Of a DNA stretch of 7,760 bases, positions 1 to 6,986 are shown piece after piece (positions within the stretch are counted from its first letter, which is position 1; each line of letters begins with the position of its first letter). A model generated the notes under the pieces. That model was given only the letters and a program-made list of their open reading frames with translations, was not told the DNA's origin and made no database searches. The stretch comes from Octopus sinensis (taxonomy: Eukaryota). Both the position numbers and the translations under genes were made by a program. The stretch spans positions 1 to 7,760 of the forward strand of contig NW_021828658.1 in the NCBI RefSeq assembly GCF_006345805.1. The letters run 5' to 3'.

Positions 1-68
1 TCGGCGAAACCTCTTAAAGTTGATCCCCAGCAGTTTTAATAGCCCTATGACTGTACAAGTAATAGAGA
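1..68 (+). mobile_element. Decayed 3' tail of a SINE (same tail type as the 3745-4188 element), cut by the window edge
   Basis: CCCCAGCA...ATGACTGTACAAGTAATAGA resembles the minus-strand 3' end of the 3745-4188 element (TTCCAGCATGGCCGCACTCAAATGACAGAAACAAGTAAAAAGA). Aligned by eye and heavily diverged. Confidence 0.45.
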
Positions 69-70
69 AG

Positions 71-127
71 TATGTGTGCGTGGGAGTGCCTATGTGTGCC
101 TGTGCGTAACTGTGTGTGCGTGTGAGC
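71..127. repeat. Degenerate (TG)n tract, left half of the MITE target site
   Basis: TATGTGTGCGTG...TGTGTGTGCGTGTGAGC; the tract continues at 727-844 on the other side of the MITE. Confidence 0.7.
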
Positions 128-726
128 GGGCTAATGCAGTTTCGCACCTCTCCTTGAAAAATGCATTGTTTTCAAAAATAAGTTTTCGGATTAATACGTG
201 TTAGATGACGGAGATTACGAATATTCAAAAACAATTTTCATTAATCCCCACCCCTCACACTCCCATTTAAAATTATGAACTTTTTCAAGATTTTGGGGTT
301 TTTTTCCAGTGTTTTAGATGATGAAAATTCCGAATATGACAGAAACCACGTTTTCAAAATTTTAAATTCAGTAAGCATATAGATATGTGTATAAAGAGAT
401 AGATATGAATGTTTTCCTGGGCTAGAAACAACAGTAGCACCGTCCTCACTTAGTTGACAAATATATTATTTAAGGCAACGCAAATAAAACGCAAATTATT
501 TTCCCTTTAATTTTTTGTATTTAATTCGATTTGCGTATGTTCGTCAATTCTCTACACTCTCTTAGAGCAAACAATATCAAAAATTAAATTGGGAGAAGGA
601 GAGGGGGTTAAATGAAAAAAACAAATTTGCATATTCGTAATCTCCGACGTCTAAAACTTAGGAATCCGAAAAAAATTATTTCAAAAGATGCATTTTCCAA
701 GGAGAGGTGCGAAACTGCATTAGCCC
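128..726. mobile_element. Non-autonomous DNA transposon (MITE), Mutator/MULE-like
   Basis: Terminal inverted repeats at ~128-278 and ~577-726; the outer 29 bp are perfectly inverted (GGGCTAATGCAGTTTCGCACCTCTCCTTG). Perfect 9 bp direct repeat CGTGTGAGC at 119-127 and 727-735. No transposase ORF inside. Long TIRs starting with G plus a 9 bp TSD are standard MULE hallmarks. Confidence 0.9.
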
Positions 727-735
727 CGTGTGAGC

Positions 736-844
736 GAGCATCAGTTTATGTATGTGCGTGTCTGTGTTTTTGTGTATCTGTGTGTGTGTATGTTTGTGTG
801 TGTGTGTGTGAGTGAGCATGTGTGTATTATGTGTGTATGTGTGT
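736..844. repeat. Degenerate (TG)n microsatellite, right half of the MITE target site
   Basis: TGTGTATCTGTGTGTGTGTATGTTTGTGTGTGTGTGTGTG... seen directly. Confidence 0.85.
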
Positions 845-1108
845 ACGAATATTTTAGAAGCCACTCCTTCTAAGTGCTTCCCCGTTAATCACAACTAGAC
901 TCAATAAAACATTTAACGTCCAACGCAACTTTATTCCCCACAAGAGTCAGTCTAATGGTAGAGGGCGTTAGTGTTTATATGAAAATGTCTCGAATCTTCA
1001 GTCTCACGTGATTGCATATTTATGTGTTTTTACACCTTCCGTTCTGTCGGCAGCAACACAAAATGACGCTCTTGTTTCGATGTTGCAATATCCCTTCGGA
1101 ATCCAGAT

Positions 1109-1306
1109 GGCGGCGAGCTGGCAGAATGGTTAGCACGCCGGACAGTAATGCTTAGCGGCATGCCGTCCGTCTTTATGTTCTGAGTTCAAACTCCGCCGAG
1201 GTCGACTTTGCTTTTTATCCTTTCGATTAATTAAGTACCAGTTTATTACAGGGGTCGATATATTCAGCTTTGTCCCTCTCTTGAACTTGTACCAAAATTT
1301 GAATCC
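1109..1306 (+). mobile_element. tRNA-derived SINE, near full length
   Basis: Starts GGCGGCGAGC; A box TGGCAGAATGG (1119-1129); B box GTTCAAACTCC (1184-1194); central GAGGTCGACTTTGC...AAGTACCAG...GGGGTCGATAT; tail GTACCAAAATTTGAA. Clearly homologous to the reverse complement of 4744-4973. Confidence 0.9.
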
Positions 1307-1432
1307 AATACTTTTCGGGATTCATTTCCCTTCTCCATTCCCACCTGTATATTATTGTCATTGGCCCCTTTTAAAAATCCCGTCCTGAGGTTTTTCTTTA
1401 CTTTCGTCTTTATCTCCTTCGTTGTTGAGAGT

Positions 1433-1960
1433 ATTAAGATGTAACACGGCGTCGATCTTCCACTGCTTTCCAGGTTCTAATGAGCCATTAAGAATGTTCT
1501 ACAGTTCATGACTTGTATGCTGTTACAAAATTCTCCAACGACAATAAGTTGTTTCAAATACACCCATTCTATAATATTGGTCAGGATTACAAGCACAGCA
1601 GACACTACTCGCACGAAGAATTGCATCCGGGCTGCCTTTATTCATCGCAAACCGATTCACCATATCTTCTTACATTCCTAAGCTGACCACCATGTTTTCT
1701 TAATGCTTCTGATTTTGTGTCAAATTCTTTCACTTTGGGCTAAGAAATTCTTCTGACCACAAAATTCCTCAGACTTGTGTTGCTGGCAGAATAGTTATTT
1801 ATCTTATTCTGTTCCAGATCTTTCTACATATTCTGGATAACTTCGATAATCTTCATTGCCGTATGCGACTAACTTCTAAAAAGTGTCTTTGATCTTCCAA
1901 TATTTTCGGCAAGTTGTTAATAGCAAATCCAGATTTGTAATAACACTCTGATTCTCTTTT
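1433..1960 (-). mobile_element. Possible heavily decayed RTE-clade LINE ORF2 3' remnant
   Basis: Non-repetitive, purine-rich minus strand. Scattered peptides in different frames (SHTAMKIIEVIQ, SEEFCGQ, LENFVT, LIRTWKAVEDRRRVTS*) loosely recall RTE C-terminal motifs (SWTxxxxNEEVL, FFGH, LExLVTTG, terminal GT*). Many stops and frameshifts, and motif spacing is imperfect. Confidence 0.3.
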
Positions 1961-1966
1961 CTAGAA

Positions 1967-2032
1967 CAGTGTGTGTCAGTGTGTGTGTGTCAGTGTGTGT
2001 GTGTCAGTGTGTGTGTGTGTGTGTGTGTGTGT
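1967..2032. repeat. Interrupted (GT)n microsatellite: CA(GT)4 CA(GT)6 CA(GT)6 CA(GT)13
   Basis: Counted directly from the sequence. Confidence 0.95.
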
Positions 2033-2193
2033 AGAATGTTGCAGTAGTATAACATTGATATGAAAAGAATGCACTTTAATCGGCGTGTTCCTTAACAAGG
2101 GTGTGTTTGGGTTCTCCTGCATCGGTCTAGGCCTTTACATATTCTCTCAGACTAATTCTCGATTAAATGGACTCCAATATTATAATTGAGCAA

Positions 2194-2256
2194 TATTTTG
2201 TCGAGCCTAGAAGAATGAAAGATGAGGCTGGGTATCACATGAAATGAATTCAAAGC
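2194..2256 (-). mobile_element. Old SINE fragment (B box to central domain)
   Basis: TATTTTGTCGAGCCTAGAAGAATGAAAGATGAGG...GAAATGAATTCAAAGC aligns by eye with 4662-4720 and 4847-4906 (TATCGACCACGAAAGGATGAAAGGCAAAG...GGAATTTGAACTGAGAA). Confidence 0.4.
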
Positions 2257-2434
2257 CCAAAGAGTGAGAATCCCAACACCAGGACATTTTCTACGCTGTA
2301 TTCGCGATTCACTTAATACACAAAGGCAATTCTATCGTAACACTATACTTTTGCAATTGCAGCGTGGAAGGTGTTTATAAGCCATTTAAGAGACACACAA
2401 AAACCGTTATATTCATTTCAACATTTAAATTTAA

Positions 2435-2485
2435 TTTGTCAAAATATTTTCGTCGCTTTGAAACCGCGACCTGCTCACTGACAAA
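2435..2485 (-). ncRNA. Candidate minimal type I hammerhead ribozyme, variant core (G3-C8)
   Basis: Minus RNA: UUUGUCA [GUGAGCA] G GUCGC-GGUUUCAAA-GCGAC [GAA] AAUAUU [U] UGACAAA. Stem I 7 bp, stem II 5 bp, core U4 G5 A6 A9 G12 A13 A14 A15.1 U16.1 intact, positions 3/8 swapped to G/C, stem III is the palindrome AAUAUU. Confidence 0.65.
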
Positions 2486-2628
2486 ATTCTTTGCTAATTC
2501 TTGTAAATACTGTCGGTTACCAAGACATGTTTGTACAGACCTGTTATATTATTAAAATTATTTCATGAGTTTGAAATGGTGACACGAACCAGATTAAATA
2601 AAAATCAGAGAAGATATAATTTATACAA

Positions 2629-2842
2629 GGAGGCGAACTCGCAGTGTTTTTAATATGCCTGACAAAATGCTTGGCGACATTTTGTTTCTCTTTACTTTCT
2701 GGGTTCAAATCCCACCAATGTCGGTTTTTGCCTTTCGTCTTTTCAAAGTCGATAAAATAAACATCAGTTGAGTATTGATGATCGATATAATCGACTTATC
2801 CCTTTTCCTCAAATTGTCGGCCTAGTGCCAAAATTTGAAATC
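2629..2842 (+). mobile_element. Diverged tRNA-derived SINE copy
   Basis: GGAGGCGAACTCGCAG...AAATGCTTGGCGACATT...B box GGGTTCAAATCCC...GCCTTTCGTCTTTTC...GTCGATAAAATAA...GATCGATATAATCGACTT; tail GTGCCAAAATTTGAAA shared with 1109-1306. Confidence 0.75.
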
Positions 2843-3684
2843 GATATTATTGCTTATATGCAGAAAGTGAATTCTTGTAGTTTGAGAATCCTAGAAAATA
2901 AAATTTCTGTTTTTTTTTTTTGTTTTTTCTTTTGCATATAAAAAATTGCTTTGGAAATATTACGCGACACCGAGATTAATTAGATTAATTAAAGGGTGCG
3001 GCTGGGTTCAAGAGGCCTTGAAATGAATATTACTTTTTTAATTTGTTCGTCTTTTTTTTTATTATTATTATTTTATCAAACCTATTACCATTAGAAGTGC
3101 TTTTACTTATAAATTTCGGTTCCATTTCGATGAACGTCTTTGCAATTTATGTAACGGGTTGAGGCAAGTCTTCTTTTTATCATTTGGAAGAAATCAAGGA
3201 ATTTATCAGTGTGTATGAGTATATATTCCAGTGTTTGACGGCAATAGATGAGCGATTTCCTTGTCTGTATAACTTTACCAGATCACTTTCAGAAACTAAA
3301 ATATTAAGCGTTAAAAAAATAAACGGATTTTAGGTGAAAAAAAACAAAACAAAATGAATTACTCGAAAATTTCGTGTTATTCAATAAAATTCTAATCCCT
3401 AAACATTAAAATTTCATAGTCACAAGTGGCGTCTTTTTTACACACCGTTAGTTTAAAAACAAAAGAAATTGTAATCCGTGAATTGTAGCTTTATCGGACA
3501 ACCCTGTCAGTATGAACAGACATATTTCAAATTATCGTGTGTATATCATTGCTAAGCACCGTGTTTCTTAAATGATTACCCATTTTGCTGTCAGTTTTGT
3601 CCTGGAACTCTTTGTATATTCTTCAGTGGACATCATAAATATCCCCCCCCCACGTTATGTCTTTAGATACGAGAGGGTATACAC

Positions 3685-3740
3685 TACATATACATATATA
3701 TACATATATATAATATATATATATTTATATTTATATATAT
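3685..3740. repeat. (TA)n-rich microsatellite
   Basis: TACATATACATATATATACATATATATAATATATAT... seen directly. Confidence 0.9.
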
Positions 3741-3744
3741 AAAT

Positions 3745-4188
3745 ATTCTTTTTTATTCTTTTTACTTGTTTCTGTCATTTGAGTGCGGCCATGCTGGAAC
3801 ACCGCCTTTAGTCGAACAAATCGATGCCAGGATTACACTTCGTAAACCTAGTTCTTATTCCATCGGTTACTTTTGCCGAACAGCTAGATTACGGGGATGT
3901 ATTCATACGGAACACCGGTTGTCAAGCGATGGTGGGGATGACAAACAGACATACCACGCACAAATACACTCACTCACACACACACACACACACATATATA
4001 TATTATATTAATATATATATATATATATATTATAACTATATATACACGATGGGCTTCTTTCAGTTTCCGTCTACCAATTCCACTCACAATGCTTTGGTCG
4101 GCCCGAGGTTATAGTAGAAAACACTTGCCCATAGTGCCACGCAGTGAGACTGAACCCGCAACCATGTGGTTGGGAAGCAAGCTTCTTT
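3745..4188 (-). mobile_element. Composite tRNA-derived CORE-like SINE with internal microsatellite, 5'-truncated
   Basis: Minus strand: AAGAAGCTTGCTTCCCAACCACATGGTTGCGGGTTCAGTCTC (B-box-like GGTTCAGTC), then CTATGGGCAAGTGTTTTCT (resembles the CORE motif CCTTGGGCAAGT), then a (TA)n(TG)n tract, a second module, and an end CCAGCATGGCCGC...AAATGACAGAAACAAGTAAAAAGAATAAAAAAGAAT. Similar from memory to octopus CORE-type SINEs. Confidence 0.8.
3965..4046. repeat. (CA)n(TA)n compound microsatellite internal to the SINE
   Basis: Seen directly; flanked on both sides by SINE modules. Confidence 0.9.
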
Positions 4189-4197
4189 ATTTCATAT

Positions 4198-4515
4198 AGA
4201 AAACAAGCCTTCCATGTCCATTTTAAGGAAAGGAGTTACAACAATCTCGATGATAGACTCAGCTGATAGCTGTACTCTTCACATCACTGACAGCAGTTGT
4301 TCGACAAATGCTGTTAGTCCCAATAACTCCGGACACTCCACGAATGCGTACAAGACGGTTTCCCTGTCTTGCCCACATCTCAGGTATGTCGGCGAGACGG
4401 CACTTCCGTGCCTTGTCAGGAACAGGTAACGCCGCAAAGAAACATTGCCAAGCCAGGACTTTCGTTAATTATCCAGATACCGTGGCCCGAACGTTCGCCT
4501 GAACAGTTTGTCCAA
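4198..4515 (-). mobile_element. L1/Tx1-clade LINE ORF2 C-terminal fragment (zf-RVT region), pseudogenised
   Basis: Minus translation with two frameshifts: LDKLFRRTFGPRYLDN*RKS / AWQCFFAALPVPDKARKCRLAD / TYLRCGQDRETVLYAFVECPELLGLTAFVEQLLSVM*RVQLSAESIIEIV. This fits the W..AxxALP.x.C-x2-C-x4-ET-x2-H-x4-C pattern of the zinc-binding region after RT; the first Cys and the His now read Tyr (TAC). Confidence 0.8.
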
Positions 4516-4518
4516 CAG

Positions 4519-4560
4519 ATGCTGCTGAGCATTTCGTCCGGGAAGCCAACGATTCCGCCA
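4519..4560 (-). mobile_element. Isolated SINE 5' head (A-box region)
   Basis: TGGCGGAATCGTTGGCTTCCCGGACGAAATGCTCAGCAGCAT versus TGGCAGAATCGTTAGGACGCCGGGCGGAATGCTTAGCGGTAT in the 4744-4973 copy. Confidence 0.75.
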
Positions 4561-4611
4561 AATTTATATATTCAATGAATATCCTAGGCTTTGAAAGATG
4601 TTGTTGTTGTC

Positions 4612-4737
4612 GGATGGGGGACTGGTCGATTACATCGACCCCCATTCTCTGTTGGTAATTAAATTATCGACCACGAAAGGATGAAAGGCAAAGTCAACCT
4701 CGGCGGAATTTGAACTGAGAATGTATCGACGGGCGAA
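4612..4737 (-). mobile_element. 5'-truncated SINE body (B box and central domain)
   Basis: TTCGCCCGTCGATACATTCTCAGTTCAAATTCCGCCGAGGTTGACTTTGCCTTTCATCCTTTCGTGGTCGATAATTTAATTACC...GGGGGTCGATGTAATCGACC. Confidence 0.85.
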
Positions 4738-4743
4738 AGAACT

Positions 4744-4973
4744 ATTTCTTTACTGCCCACAAGTGGCTAAATACAGAGAGGACAAACAAGGACAGACACA
4801 CGGATTAAGTAGATTATATCGACCCCAGTGCGTAACTGGTACTTATTTAATCGACCACTAAAGTATGAAAGGCAAAGTCGACCTCGGCGGAATTTGAACC
4901 CAGAACGTAACGGCAGGCGAAATACCGCTAAGCATTCCGCCCGGCGTCCTAACGATTCTGCCAGCTCGCCGCC
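4744..4973 (-). mobile_element. Full-length, apparently young tRNA-derived SINE
   Basis: GGCGGCGAGCTGGCAGAATCG (A box 4953-4963), B box GGTTCAAATTCC (4889-4900), GGCGG/CCGCC acceptor-like pairing, central GCCTTTCAT..GGTCGATTAAATAAGTACCAG, tail ending GTGGGCAGTAAAGAAAT. Confidence 0.95.
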
Positions 4974-5107
4974 TTCATGTCTGCAATGAATCGTATTGGA
5001 CCATTTAACACATCTGCCTGTTGGTCGCCTCAATTGATATTATATTAACACGTGATAATTGGCATGGACACAATCTATATTTTTCGACAAAATATGAATG
5101 ATATGCG

Positions 5108-5156
5108 ATATATATATATATATAATATATATATTATATATATATATATATATTAT
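5108..5156. repeat. (AT)n microsatellite
   Basis: Seen directly. Confidence 0.95.
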
Positions 5157-5361
5157 GGGGAATTAAGACGTAGGGGTTTAAGATATTTAATAAAGAGCAT
5201 GGAATAGAAGAGGATACAATACAGATCGGGATACGAAACTATTTATTTGTCGACAGCTTCCAACCCCAGTTTTTGCTTGTGTTTCAGGAAATGCTACAAG
5301 TTATTCTACGGAGATTAAAAATTTAATCAGATTTTTCGAAGACGATAAATAACTAATTGAG

Positions 5362-5467
5362 GTGTGTGTATATACGTATGTATGTATATTTGTGTATGTA
5401 TAAGCATATCCCTGTGCATATATATGTATAATTTAATGCATTATATTTATGTATATATCGATGTATT

Positions 5468-5544
<77 letters not shown>

Positions 5545-5640
5545 CAGATACACACATAAATATCTATACATGAATAAATATAAGCATACACACTTGCAAG
5601 CAGACATGTGCTTGGTTGCTTTTATGTGTGTGAGTGTATA
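5362..5640. repeat. Compound alternating purine-pyrimidine tract with core (AT)n(AC)n(AT)n at ~5472-5544
   Basis: Seen directly. Confidence 0.9.
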
Positions 5641-5809
5641 AAATATTGAAAGTGTAAAAATGTAAATTGAAACTCATGAGTTATGTTTCTAATTGGTAAA
5701 ACGCATCTTTAATAAATAAACAATTAGATTTAAATAAGAGACATTAAAAGTTGTGTTTACGTTGTTGACCTGTGAAGTTATTTGATGTAACAGTAGACAG
5801 TATTAAAAA

Positions 5810-5940
5810 CAGACGACAATGACGACAACAATGGCGTCGATGGCGAACGCGATGATGGTGTTTTGAAGAAGATAACGATGGCTATCGTAAGAATAAAAAG
5901 ACGAACAACACTAAAGATAACAACAACAAAACTAACAGTA
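5810..5940. repeat. Decayed GAC/GAT/AAC trinucleotide low-complexity tract
   Basis: GACGACAATGACGAC...GATGATGGT...AACAACAACAAAAC. Confidence 0.55.
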
Positions 5941-6214
5941 AGTGATGCAACAATTACAAGGACGGCTGCAAAAACTGCATTAGCAACAGAAGCTTCAACA
6001 TTGGCGTGACAAGTGTAAGAAGACGATGGGGGGAAATTATTAATGAACGCATTAATATAATTTGTGGCAAAGGAGACAGCTAAAACATATCCATCTTTCT
6101 GTCTGTCTGTCAGTTATGACGATGTGTGTTCTAGTTGAGCCGACCAACGAAACAGCAACTAACTGTAGCCCCTAATCCTGCTAAAACCATTTGTGCGATT
6201 AGCTCAGGGGGGAC

Positions 6215-6487
6215 TCTAAAAGTGCTGGACAGTGTCCAAGTTTCGCAACTGCAGAACAACACTAGAAAGATGTAACGCTGACGGACTTTAAGTTAAAGGT
6301 TTTCCAAGTATTAGGCGTCGCAGTTCTAAAGTTGTAGCAAAGTTATCTCCTTTGCTCTTCTAGATGCATCCGTCAATCTTGAGAATTTATCCTCCAACGA
6401 AAGGGTACAAAAACTTCTTCACTGCAGCCAAGCCAGCAAATCAAGGTCCGTTTTAGCTGTGTTTTTAGTGCTGGGGTTGATGTACAT
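6215..6487 (-). mobile_element. RTE-clade LINE ORF2 fragment (end of RT/thumb), pseudogenised
   Basis: Single minus frame with stops: MYINPSTKNT...LQ*RSFCTLS...SRRAKEITLLQL*...LENL*LKVRQRYIFLVLFCSCETWTLSSTF. KVRxxYIFxVLxxxCETWTL matches the RTE motif KxRLxxCYxxSVLLYGCETWTL. Confidence 0.65.
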
Positions 6488-6567
6488 AACAACAACAATA
6501 GTAATAATAAAAATAATAATAACAACAACAACAATAATAATGATGACGACGACGATGATGATGATGT
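6488..6567. repeat. Compound trinucleotide microsatellite (AAC/AAT/GAC/GAT)
   Basis: AACAACAACAATAGTAATAATAA...AACAACAACAACAATAATAATGATGACGACGACGATGATGATGATG. Confidence 0.9.
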
Positions 6568-6788
6568 TCTTATTTGGATGAATAGGAAAGCTTATCATCC
6601 TATTCCTCTCCCTAATTTCGTATTTAACATTGCATTCAGATATTCAAGAGTTTCGAAATCTAATTTGCTTCAATCACCTTTTCACTAAATCGAATTTTAA
6701 AACGAAACAGGGTTTGTTGCATTTCAAATTGTCGAATCTCGATTACCTTACATGAGATATACATGATAGTTCATTATTCGGTTATACA

Positions 6789-6810
6789 TATGTGTGTGTA
6801 TGTATATATA

Positions 6811-6850
<40 letters not shown>
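6789..6850. repeat. (TG)(TA)n(TG)n compound microsatellite
   Basis: Seen directly. Confidence 0.95.
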
Positions 6851-6986
6851 ATTTGAATACATTTATGCACCTGTTTATATATATACTCATGTTTCATTAT
6901 AGATAGACAGATAGATATATCTTTGCACGTGTGTGTGAGTCTATAATCACTCATATATGAATGTGAATATATCTACGCGTATAGTC

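Noticed and set aside
612-864. ORFs 612-815 (+) and 676-864 (-)
   Set aside because: They span the MITE right TIR and the TG microsatellite; the CV/HT-rich peptides are repeat translations.
1109-1200. tRNA gene-like A and B boxes (also 4889-4973)
   Set aside because: No complete cloverleaf, and the boxes continue into SINE body sequence present in several copies, so these are SINE heads rather than tRNA genes.
1099-1306. GAATCCA on both sides of the SINE at 1109 as a TSD
   Set aside because: The left copy is offset 3 bp from the SINE start and the right copy overlaps the conserved tail, so it is not a clean TSD.
1967-2032. Regularly interrupted repeat as a CRISPR-like or coded array
   Set aside because: Simple slippage duplication of a CA-interrupted (GT)n; there are no unique spacers.
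2364-2555. ORF 2364-2555 (+), 63 aa
   Set aside because: No recognisable motif; it lies antisense to the hammerhead-bearing repeat and its length is compatible with chance.
3766-4114. ORFs 3766-4011 and 3824-4114 (+)
   Set aside because: Antisense read-through of a SINE and its internal microsatellite.
4166-4578. Three overlapping + strand ORFs (4166-4429, 4308-4502, 4369-4578)
   Set aside because: Antisense shadows of the minus-strand Tx1 ORF2 remnant, which carries the real protein motifs.
4767-5033. ORF 4767-5033 (-), 88 aa
   Set aside because: Mostly a translation of the full-length SINE.
5353-5607. ORFs 5353-5607 (-) and 5364-5573 (+), also 6748-6954 (-)
   Set aside because: YI/HT/CV dipeptide runs from dinucleotide microsatellites.
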